From Polyangiaceae bacterium (GTDB lineage Bacteria > Myxococcota_A > Polyangia > Polyangiales > Polyangiaceae), in the NCBI GenBank assembly GCA_965222375.1, contig CBDCTZ010000009.1, positions 64,001 to 128,000 on the forward strand: a stretch of DNA of 64,000 bases, given 5' to 3'. The position numbers and the translations under genes are program-made. Shown here one piece after another: positions 9,254 to 16,924 of the stretch (position 1 is the stretch's first letter; each line of letters opens with the position of its first letter). The notes under the pieces were generated by a model, which was not told where the DNA came from, made no database searches, and saw nothing but the letters and a program-made list of their open reading frames with translations.

Positions 9254-9924
9254 GACTGTTCTTGTGCGCCGCAGCCGGCTTTGCGCTGGGCTGCGGGTCT
9301 GAAGATGATCCATCCGGGACGACCGGTTCAGACGGGTCTCTGAGCATCGAGAAGGCGGCTTGCTACCCGGAACTGAAGACGTTTATCACGGAACTCCACA
9401 AAGCTAAGGCGTGCGTCGATGCGTCGGAATGCATGCACGCCGCGGCCAAGGCCCCGCTCTGGGAAGATGACCTGCTGGGATTCTACCTCAGCAGCAACGG
9501 GGACCTGGGGAAGGTCCAGGCAACAGGTGAAGTCTACGGGAAGTGTGTGAACGAAATGCTCCACGGTTCTTCGCGATTGCCTACTCAGGGCGTGTGTTGG
9601 CGAAACAAGTGTTGGGCGCCGCCCAGCGGCCCCGACCAGGGCAGCTGTTTCGCGGATGCACCGACGCAAGACGAGTGCGCGGAGTGCTACTGCGGTTCAC
9701 CTTCAGCCAACGCAAAGGAGTGCTGGAACGACCCGTTGTGCGTCGAGTACTACGAGTGTGCGCGCCAGGAGAGTTGCCTCGGCAGCCTGCAATGTGCGGA
9801 CCCCAGCTCCCCTTGTGCGAAGATCCTCGCCAAGGCGACGGGGAACCGACGGCTGCTCCTGCAGGGCATTGATCGAGATATCAAGCAGCTCGGCTGCGGA
9901 CCACTTTGCGTTGCGTCCAAGTGA
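9229..9924 (+). CDS. Cys-rich lipoprotein (about 231 aa)
   Basis: MGIRNLQLRLFLCAAAGFALGC lipobox and many Cys. The start overlaps the last 25 bp of the S8 protease gene; start chosen by signal-peptide logic. Confidence 0.7.
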   Translation: MGIRNLQLRLFLCAAAGFALGCGSEDDPSGTTGSDGSLSIEKAACYPELKTFITELHKAKACVDASECMHAAAKAPLWEDDLLGFYLSSNGDLGKVQATGEVYGKCVNEMLHGSSRLPTQGVCWRNKCWAPPSGPDQGSCFADAPTQDECAECYCGSPSANAKECWNDPLCVEYYECARQESCLGSLQCADPSSPCAKILAKATGNRRLLLQGIDRDIKQLGCGPLCVASK

Positions 9925-10336
9925 GGCACCTCCACACAAGGCGGCTGGCCGACCGAGTGGCGCGCTGCCGCTCGCCGCAGCTCACGAACCGGACGCGCTG
10001 GCAGTGCCTTCAAGCGCAGCCCGCAGCGTTCAAGCTCGTTGGTAGACTGCCTCCGACTCGTAGTACAGTTTCTCACCCGTGGCCAGAGGGGCGGAACCAA
10101 TCCTCTGACAACGGGTTGAGCAGTTGGGTCGGGCAGGAGCGCAGTCGCCAGGGCTCGAAACGGCCGGCTCAACGGTCAACTTTGCTGGGAATCCCTCCGT
10201 ATTTCCCATGGCTGCCCGTGACCGCCAGGGTGGGGCTTGCATACTTGCCGGCCTCGGTTTCGACGAACTACCCGTCACGTGCAAGGCCAAACAGTGTTGC
10301 GCCGTCCTTGAGGTGGCGCTTCCCCGGCGCCCCGCC

Positions 10337-10978
10337 ATGACCTACCAAGCCGCCTCGCAGTTTCTTCCGCTCGACCCGGGACTCGCAGGTCGGTTTGTGG
10401 CTCGCGCGCTCGCGGGTCTCAAGCCCCGAGCCCTAGAGTTGCTGCCCAGCGTGCCGCCGGACGAAATCAGGGGTGTGCTCGGTGACATTGGCGGCGCAAA
10501 GCTGCTCTCTCGCGAGGAGTTTCTCAAGGAATGGGAAGAGTCCTGCGAACGGGGCGAACAGCTCTCTGAGGCCGAGTGGGACACATTCTTCGACGAACTA
10601 GAATCCATTGCTGAGGGCCTAGTTGCCGAAGCCGTCTCCGCGCTTGAGGCGGTGCCCGCCCTGACCGACCAGCACAGCGAGGATCGCCCCGCCGCAAAGA
10701 CGCCCCGGCGGCGCGAGCGACGGGCGAGCGCGTCAGTCGCCGCCCATGGCGAGGGCGATTCGGACCCTCCATCTGGAGCCGAACCTCGGGCACTGGTCCT
10801 CGGTCGACTGGGTCAGGTGATTCAGGAGGCGGACGCCTTAGTCGCCAGTCTTCTTGACGCGCCGGCCGACGCGCCGTCGCAGGGGCCACGCGTGCGTCAA
10901 GTGCGATTACCCACGCCACCCAACGACCTCCACATGGCGAAAGCTCGCAAGATCCTGCGACTTAAGGGGCTGATATGA
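10337..10978 (+). CDS. Hypothetical protein translationally coupled to the integrase
   Basis: About 213-aa ORF with an acidic helical middle and a basic C-terminus (PTPPNDLHMAKARKILRLKGLI). Its TGA overlaps the integrase ATG (ATGA, 10975-10978). Start uncertain (the ORF is open from 10124). Confidence 0.6.
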   Translation: MTYQAASQFLPLDPGLAGRFVARALAGLKPRALELLPSVPPDEIRGVLGDIGGAKLLSREEFLKEWEESCERGEQLSEAEWDTFFDELESIAEGLVAEAVSALEAVPALTDQHSEDRPAAKTPRRRERRASASVAAHGEGDSDPPSGAEPRALVLGRLGQVIQEADALVASLLDAPADAPSQGPRVRQVRLPTPPNDLHMAKARKILRLKGLI

Positions 10979-12237
10979 GCAAGAAGAGGCGGGCGCCAGG
11001 AACGGGCGGGGTCAGCAAGACGGCGAGTGGAAGATACCTCGCGCGTCTGCCAGACAAGACGAGCCTTGGCGTTTTTGATACGACCGAAGAAGCCAACGCG
11101 ATCCTGGACGCGGCGGTCCTCGCTCTCGCGGAGCACAACGTGCCGCTCGTCGGCGGCATCACGTTTCGAGGTTGGTTTGGCACGTTCCTGGATGAGTTGG
11201 AGAAATCGCGCGGCTATCACGGCTTATCCACTGCACGATCGATTGCCCGCGTTTGGCTGCCGCAAGCGCCGTTCATCGACTTTCCTCTTCGCAGCATTAC
11301 GCAGAGGCATATCGAGAAATGGGTCACAGATTTGGTCAAACTGCCCATCGATGAAGTGAGTGACAGCTACATCGAGCAAATCCTCGGGCTTCTTCGCAAG
11401 GCGTTCAAAGCGGCAATGGCGGCCGGACTCCTGGAGAAGAACCCGGTGCGGTATCGCAGTGAAATGGACCTTCAGAAACGCCCAGCGCCAACGGAAGATC
11501 CATGGACCCACCTCGATCCCGATGAGCAGCAGCGCATGATCCACGCCCCACCGGAGGTGGCCCACCAGTGCATGGTGGAGTTTGCATTGCTAACGGGTGT
11601 GCGTTCCGGCGAGCAGTTTCTACTCCACGATCGGGACGTTCATCTCGACGTGGACAATCCGCACATCATCATCAGGTTCGGCGCTGTCGACCGCGGCGTG
11701 TGGCGCGCTCCGAAGGGCCGTCAGATTCGGAAGGTCCACCTCCTCCCCGGTGCCATCAAACTGCTCCGCCGGTGGTTCGAGATCCGCGACGAGTGGTGCG
11801 CACCAAACGTCAATGTTCGGGGGCTAGCAAACTTCGGTCGGTCGCTGGTCTTTCCCGGACGTCGGGGTGGCAGGCTGAGTTCGGACACTTTCTCTTCACC
11901 GCCCAAAAAGGGCGTCCCCAGCCCGTGGCAGCGTTGGCTAGCCACTGCTCGGATTGGGCGTGATGTCCGGTGGCATGATCTGCGCCACACTCACGCCGCC
12001 AGTCTCATAAGCGGGTGGTTTGGGAGACGCTGGTCCCTGGAAGAAATCCGAGAGGTACTTGGCCACAGCCGTCTGGAGGAGACGCAGCGCTATGCGCACC
12101 TGGATCCCAGCGCCCTGCAGCGGACCGCTGCGGAGACGCCGTTGTCTACGGCACAGACAATTTCCCGCCGGCGGATCCTAAAGATCCCAGAAGATCCAAA
12201 TAGTTATGCTTCGTATGGGGTGAGTGACGGGAATTGA
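10975..12237 (+). CDS. Tyrosine recombinase / phage-type integrase
   Basis: Catalytic motifs TGVRSGE (R), APKG (K), WHDLRHT (HxxR), LGHS (H) and TQRYAHL (Y). N-terminal RAPGTGGVSK...GRYLARL arm-binding-like segment. Adjacent to a tRNA. Confidence 0.95.
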   Translation: MSKKRRAPGTGGVSKTASGRYLARLPDKTSLGVFDTTEEANAILDAAVLALAEHNVPLVGGITFRGWFGTFLDELEKSRGYHGLSTARSIARVWLPQAPFIDFPLRSITQRHIEKWVTDLVKLPIDEVSDSYIEQILGLLRKAFKAAMAAGLLEKNPVRYRSEMDLQKRPAPTEDPWTHLDPDEQQRMIHAPPEVAHQCMVEFALLTGVRSGEQFLLHDRDVHLDVDNPHIIIRFGAVDRGVWRAPKGRQIRKVHLLPGAIKLLRRWFEIRDEWCAPNVNVRGLANFGRSLVFPGRRGGRLSSDTFSSPPKKGVPSPWQRWLATARIGRDVRWHDLRHTHAASLISGWFGRRWSLEEIREVLGHSRLEETQRYAHLDPSALQRTAAETPLSTAQTISRRRILKIPEDPNSYASYGVSDGN

Positions 12238-12291
12238 ACCCGCGACAACTGAAGCCACAATCCAGTGCTCTACCACTGAGCTACACCCACC
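12216..12291 (-). tRNA. tRNA-His (GTG)
   Basis: Reverse complement is GGTGGGTGTAGCTCAGTGGTAGAGCACTGGATTGTGGCTTCAGTTGTCGCGGGTTCAATTCCCGTCACTCACCCCA: cloverleaf, GTG anticodon, G-1, C discriminator and encoded CCA. Confidence 0.97.
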
Positions 12292-12386
12292 ATGGGTCCC
12301 AACGGGGGGCTGTTTGTATTCCACACTCGGCGCTGGCCGCAAGGGGAGCCTGGCGCCCGCCGGCGCCGCACCCATTTTTGTGGGCA

Positions 12387-13424
12387 TCACAGCTTGAAGT
12401 GCTGGCGCTGAACGCTTCGGCAACCCTCCAGATCTCGCTCGTGCACGGGCGAGAGCTCCCCACTGCTGGGTTCGAACATGCCCGGCTCGACCAGGCCCGC
12501 CACGGCGGACTGCAGCGAGTCCGTCAGTGCGGTTAGGTCGTATCCCCCTTCCAGTAGGAGCCCAATCCGGTCCTGAGCTTGCTCCGGCAGAGCGGTTCGG
12601 AGGGCGGATAGCATGAAGCGATACGTCGACGCGGTCAGGCGCATCGACGCCAGCGGATCTCGCTCGTGGGCATCGAACCCAGCGCTCACCAAGAGCAGCT
12701 CTGGTGCGTATTGTTCGAGGACCGGCAATACCACCCGTTCGAAGGCTGCCCGATACGCGCTTTCTCCAGCGCCCTGGTTCAAGGGCAGATTCACCGTGTA
12801 GCCCGTCCCATCGCCGCGGCCGCATTCCCGGGCCGCGCCGCTGCCGGGATAAAACGGGAATTGGTGCAATGAAACGAAGAGCACACTCGGATCCTCGTAG
12901 AACATCTCCTGGGTGCCATTGCCGTGGTGCACGTCGAAATCCACGACGGCGACTCGCGCGGTGCCGCGCTGCCTGGCGTGTGCGGCGGCCACGGCGACGT
13001 TGTTCAACAGGCAAAACCCCATTGCGCCGTCCGGCCGAGCGTGGTGACCGGGCGGGCGCACCAAGGCCAAGCCGGCCTGAGCCTGGCCGTCCATCAACGC
13101 ATCCACGATCGCGATCCCAGCGCCAGCCGCGCGTCGCGCCGCCGCCACAGAGTCGGCGGAGTAATACGTGTCTGGGTCCAGGTGACCTTGCTTTCCGGCC
13201 CGTTGGCCGAGGTCCTCCAGGTAGCGTTCCGTGTGCACCCTGGCCAGCTCCGTCTCCGTGGCGTCCTGGGGCTCCAAATCGAGCCTGGAAACTTGCTCGG
13301 CCATGGCTCGGGCCAGGCCGTCTCTGGCAGCCTCCAAGCGCTCTGGGCGCTCGGGATGAGGGCTTTCGCTGCGGTGGAGGGAAAACAGGGGATCGTCCGC
13401 GACGGCGAGGGTGCGCATGGGCAT
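12387..13424 (-). CDS. Histone deacetylase family protein (AcuC/AphA-like Zn-dependent deacetylase)
   Basis: Motifs HPERPERL, RPPGHHA, GFCLLNNVA, DFDVHHGNGTQ, SLHQFPFYPG, SAGFDAH and LEGGY. Confidence 0.95.
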   Translation of the reverse strand: MPMRTLAVADDPLFSLHRSESPHPERPERLEAARDGLARAMAEQVSRLDLEPQDATETELARVHTERYLEDLGQRAGKQGHLDPDTYYSADSVAAARRAAGAGIAIVDALMDGQAQAGLALVRPPGHHARPDGAMGFCLLNNVAVAAAHARQRGTARVAVVDFDVHHGNGTQEMFYEDPSVLFVSLHQFPFYPGSGAARECGRGDGTGYTVNLPLNQGAGESAYRAAFERVVLPVLEQYAPELLLVSAGFDAHERDPLASMRLTASTYRFMLSALRTALPEQAQDRIGLLLEGGYDLTALTDSLQSAVAGLVEPGMFEPSSGELSPVHERDLEGCRSVQRQHFKL

Positions 13425-13519
13425 GGAAAAAGTGTACCCTCGCGCCGCCTGCCCGGGGATGGGTAGTGTTCGCTGGCTCCAAATTCGGGGTCTGTTTTTC
13501 AGTCGAAGGGGTCTGACTC

Positions 13520-14965
13520 ATGCGCTGGAAGATCATCGTCTTCAACGCCCTCATCGTGGTGATTATGGGAGTGCTCACCTACGCGCTCCTGGCAACGTCC
13601 CTCAGCGACGTCGTTCAAAACCCCAGCCAGCGAAAAACCGAGGTCGCGCAGTCCTTGCGTGCGGCCAGCGCCCAGCTGGCGCTGGACGGCCTACGCCTCG
13701 AGCGCTGGATGGACGCCAAGACGAACACCGCGCCGGTCAAAGAAGTCTATTCGGCTGGAACGCCAGCGGCCCGGAGCGAGGCCGCCACGGTCCAGGCCAA
13801 CAAGATCCGTGACGCTGCCGTTGCGGAACCTTCCTTCGCGAAAATGGCGCCGGCTCTGGTGCTGTTCGTGGACCGCACGGGGATTGCGATGGGTCGCAAC
13901 GGCTCGGCGCTGATGCGCGGGGACAAGATGGCCGAAGCCTATCCGTCGCTGACCAAGTCCCTCGAGTCCGGCAACACCATGAGTGACATCTGGCTCAATC
14001 GCGAGCGCCAGGAGCAACTCTTGGCCAGCTACGCGCCGATTCGCGGCGAAAACGGCGAGGTGGTGGGTGCACTGGTCGTGGGAACACCCCTCAACGACGA
14101 CCGCCTGTCTCGCACCAGCGAAATGACCAGCGGCCACTTCTTGGCCCTTTCCGTGGCGGGCGAGAAGCTCGAAACCGTCGCGTCCAGCGGCCGCGCGTCA
14201 GCCGGGGTCGTCGACGCGGCGTCCTCGGAGACCGTGACCGCGGCCTCCAAGGCAGCTCTGAGCACCGCCAACGTGGCCGCCGCTGACGGCGTCCACGCGG
14301 CGCACGTCTTCGCGGCAGCGCCCCTGTCCGGGTATGGCGACGGCAAGCGCGCGGTGATCATCGCCGCGGTTCCGGCCTCTCTCGTAGGCAGCCTGGGCGG
14401 CTTGCTGTGGCCCGTCTTTGGCGTGTCTGCTCTCGGCATCTTGCTTGTGCTGGTCACCGGCTACCTGCTCGGCAACTACTTCTCTCGCCCCGTCAGTGAG
14501 CTGGAGGACGGCCTGCTGGCTGTCATCAACGGTCGTACGGATCTGCGCTTCCAAATCGAGCACCCGGACTTGGGTGGTCTGGTGTTCCGAATCAACTCGC
14601 TGCTCAACCAGCTGATGGGTGTGCCGGAGGACACCACCGACGAGGAAGGCCGACCCTCCATTCCGACTCAGGGTGGTCCGGCTTTCGAAGACTTGTCGGT
14701 GCAGGATGGCGGGACCAGCGCGGAGGCGGCTCAAGCCCTGCATGCCGAGGATGCCAACGCCTACTATCAGCGGTTGTTCAACGAGTACATCAACGCCAAG
14801 CGTGAGCTCGGCGAACCCGTGGATCACATCACTCAGTCTGCCTTCGTCTCGCATATTCGTCAAAACGAGCAGCAAGGCATGGCCCAGTCGGGTCGACCCG
14901 TGCGCTATCGGGTCGAGGTTCGCGGCAACGCCATCACCCTCGTCGCAGTTCCGTTGCCGGGCTAA
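13520..14965 (+). CDS. Inner-membrane protein with periplasmic sensor region, HAMP domain and MXAN_5187-like C-terminal domain
   Basis: Two TM segments. HAMP-like SRPVSELEDGL...DLGGLVFRINSL. C-terminal YYQRLFNEYINAKRELGE...VRYRVEV resembles the myxobacterial MXAN_5187 C-terminal domain. Confidence 0.7.
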   Translation: MRWKIIVFNALIVVIMGVLTYALLATSLSDVVQNPSQRKTEVAQSLRAASAQLALDGLRLERWMDAKTNTAPVKEVYSAGTPAARSEAATVQANKIRDAAVAEPSFAKMAPALVLFVDRTGIAMGRNGSALMRGDKMAEAYPSLTKSLESGNTMSDIWLNRERQEQLLASYAPIRGENGEVVGALVVGTPLNDDRLSRTSEMTSGHFLALSVAGEKLETVASSGRASAGVVDAASSETVTAASKAALSTANVAAADGVHAAHVFAAAPLSGYGDGKRAVIIAAVPASLVGSLGGLLWPVFGVSALGILLVLVTGYLLGNYFSRPVSELEDGLLAVINGRTDLRFQIEHPDLGGLVFRINSLLNQLMGVPEDTTDEEGRPSIPTQGGPAFEDLSVQDGGTSAEAAQALHAEDANAYYQRLFNEYINAKRELGEPVDHITQSAFVSHIRQNEQQGMAQSGRPVRYRVEVRGNAITLVAVPLPG

Positions 14966-15101
14966 ATCCAGGCAAAACCCCAGGTCGCGCCTGGCGCTCT
15001 GCCGCCGCTATGTTCGGGGTCATCTCCGCATGACGCTGCGGTCGCGCTCGGTGAGGGTTCGAGCTATAAGCCCCACGGCCCGAGCCATGAGGACCTGACC
15101 G

Positions 15102-15842
15102 ATGGGACTATTTGACATCTTCAAAGGGAAGGGCGACGCCAAGCCCAAAGTGCGAGACAAGGACATCGCTCGCATGACCAAGCTCGTCTCCACCAAGATG
15201 AGCCAGAACTACGATCGGCAAGAGGCCCTCGACGAGCTCGGCCGAATCGAGACTGCCCAGAGCGCCGCCGCTCTTCTCAAGCGCTTCGACTGGACGATGG
15301 AGCCCTCCATCACCGATCAAGACGAAAAGGAAACTGCGATGCGAGGCGTCATCGCTGCAGGTGAAGCGGCCCTCGAACCGATTCGAGAGCACTGCAAAAA
15401 GGCGGAAAGCCTGACCTGGCCGCTCCGAACCCTCAAGGGCATCGTCTCCTCGGACCGCTACGTGGAGGAGCTGCTTGGCATCCTGGATCTCTTCGACACG
15501 GAGTACGTGCGAAATCCCGAGCCAAAGATCCAGCTGATCACCCTGCTCGAGGAGCACCCATCGGCGGACGTACGCATCGCGGTGGAGCCCTTCCTCCAGG
15601 ATGCCAGCGAACCCGTGCGCTTCGCGGCGGTCACCACGGTGTTCAAGATGGATGACGACGAGAGCGCTCCCTCGTTGATAGCGGCCATCGTCGAAGAAGA
15701 GAGCTTGCGGGTCCGCAACCGAATCGCCCAAGGCTTCGTCGACCGGGACTGGGAAGTCTCCGAATCCCTCGCCGAGAGCTTCGACGAAGCGCTGCCCCCG
15801 GACTACTCTCTCGCCGGCGACAAGGTCCAGCGCACGGGCTGA
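15102..15842 (+). CDS. HEAT-repeat protein
   Basis: Helical repeats such as PFLQDASEPVRFAAV and EEESLRVRNRIA; GAGGA RBS. Confidence 0.75.
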   Translation: MGLFDIFKGKGDAKPKVRDKDIARMTKLVSTKMSQNYDRQEALDELGRIETAQSAAALLKRFDWTMEPSITDQDEKETAMRGVIAAGEAALEPIREHCKKAESLTWPLRTLKGIVSSDRYVEELLGILDLFDTEYVRNPEPKIQLITLLEEHPSADVRIAVEPFLQDASEPVRFAAVTTVFKMDDDESAPSLIAAIVEEESLRVRNRIAQGFVDRDWEVSESLAESFDEALPPDYSLAGDKVQRTG

Positions 15843-15961
15843 GTTCGCGCCGGCCCCGCGCATCTAGGCCTTTGGTTTTTGGGGTCGGTTCGCGGGGTCA
15901 AGCTGGGCTACTACTCTCGACCTGGGCCATGCGTTGCCTGGGGGCATGCTTGGGCGCAAGT

Positions 15962-16043
15962 GTGAGCGCGCGCGAGCGTGAGCGTGAGGGCGGGCGCGGG
16001 CGTGAGCGGGAGGGCGGGCGCGAGCGGGAGGGCGGGCGTTGCG
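15962..16043. repeat. Low-complexity GCGTGA/GCGGGA/GGGC tract, left flank of the four-helix-bundle cassette
   Basis: GTGAGCGCGCGCGAGCGTGAGCGTGAGGGCGGGCGCGGGCGTGAGCGGGAGGGCGGG..., ending GAGGGCGGGCGTTGCG, nearly identical to the ends of the right-hand units. Confidence 0.9.
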
Positions 16044-16070
16044 TTCGGCTTTCCGTTTGGTGAATTTGAT

Positions 16071-16165
16071 TCTGCCAGTGGGCTCGGTCGGTTCAAGGCC
16101 GGTGCCGGCTTCGCCGGTGGCTGCTGGCGCAGCCAGCCTTGAGCCGACCTCGACCCACTGGCGGG
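16071..16165 (+). ncRNA. Putative structured leader / ncRNA (three-way junction) upstream of the four-helix-bundle gene
   Basis: 16074-16082 pairs with 16154-16162 (9 bp perfect). 16086-16099 pairs with 16136-16149 (14 bp, one U-G). Enclosed hairpins: GCCGGC-TTC-GCCGGT (16104-16118) and GGCTGC-TGGC-GCAGCC (16119-16134). Confidence 0.5.
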
Positions 16166-16218
16166 TGAGGTGGGTTTGTTTGAAACGCGCGCGGAAGCGC
16201 GCAGGAAAGGAACACCCA

Positions 16219-16542
16219 ATGCTCCGTATCTATCCAGTCAGTATTCAGGTGGCGCGGGAAGTTCGGCCCATGGCGGACCGAATTGCTCGCTTCGATCGGG
16301 CGGCGTCGTTGCAGTTGCGCAAATCGCTCGGCTCGGTCGTCAACAACCTTGCGGAAGGCTCGGGGCTCCGAGCTCGGCGGCGGAGGCTGGCCTACGAAAT
16401 CGCGCTGGGTGAAGCGCGGGAAGCGCTGGCGACTCTCGAGTTCGCTGAAGCCATGCGCTATGCGCCACCCGTGTCTCCCGAGCTTCGCGCACGCTTCAAC
16501 CACATTATCGGAACTCTCGTCAAAATCGTTCACCGCCCGTAG
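16219..16542 (+). CDS. Four helix bundle protein (23S rRNA IVP / bAvd-like family), 107 aa
   Basis: AGGAAAGGA RBS. Family pattern QLRKSLGSVVNNLAEGSG...RRRLAYEIALGEAREALATL. Confidence 0.85.
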   Translation: MLRIYPVSIQVAREVRPMADRIARFDRAASLQLRKSLGSVVNNLAEGSGLRARRRRLAYEIALGEAREALATLEFAEAMRYAPPVSPELRARFNHIIGTLVKIVHRP

Positions 16543-16560
16543 ACGCAAGCCTGCACCAAC

Positions 16561-16910
16561 TCGTTCACGACGCGTCAGCCCTTCAGCACGCGGGCGTGAG
16601 CGTGAGGGCGCGCGTGAGCGTGGGCGTGAGGGCGAGGGCGGGCGGTTGCGGCAATTCGTTCACGACGCGTCAGCCCTTCAGCACGCGGGCGTGAGCGCGA
16701 GGGCGCGCGTGAGCGTGAGCGTGAGTGGGCGTGGGCGCGGGCGCGAGGGCGGGCGGTTGCGGCAATTCGTTCGCGATGCGTCAGCCCGTCAGCAGCCACG
16801 CCCGCTCACACGCCCACTCACACGCCCACGCCCGCTCACACGCTCACGCCCACGCCCACTCACGCCCTCAGGCCCGCGCACAGGCCCACTCACACGCTCG
16901 CGCCCACTCC
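16561..16910. repeat. Three copies of a 28-nt core separated by GCGTGA-type tracts, followed by an inverted (TCACGC/CCACGC) tract
   Basis: TCGTTCACGACGCGTCAGCCCTTCAGCA at 16561-16588 and 16656-16683 (identical) and 16767-16794 (3 mismatches); periods 95 and 111 bp. 16795-16910 is built of the complementary hexamers. Confidence 0.92.
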
Positions 16911-16924
16911 AGGCGCTGCGGAAC

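Larger units (their letters stand above)
1..12237. mobile_element. Right part of an integrative element / genomic island inserted at the 3' end of tRNA-His; left boundary lies outside the window
   Basis: Tyrosine integrase abuts and overlaps the tRNA-His 3' end. Cargo is accessory (DUF262 nuclease, orphan proteases and lipoproteins, gene remnants). Housekeeping-type genes resume right after the tRNA. No second copy of the tRNA 3' end was seen in 1-12200. Confidence 0.8.

Noticed and set aside
1..12200. Second att copy (duplicate of the tRNA-His 3' end)
   Set aside because: Only short chance matches such as TGAGTGAC near 73-80 were seen by eye. The true boundary is probably left of the window.
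12178..13578. 466-aa minus-strand ORF
   Set aside because: Alternative frame over the HDAC gene and tRNA-His; Arg/Pro-rich shadow sequence.
16219..16542. Complete diversity-generating retroelement around the Avd-like gene
   Set aside because: No reverse transcriptase and no TR/VR pair differing at adenines was seen in the window.
16561..16794. CRISPR array interpretation of the 28-nt repeats
   Set aside because: Only three copies. The spacers are 67 and 83 nt, low-complexity and similar to each other. No cas genes in the window.
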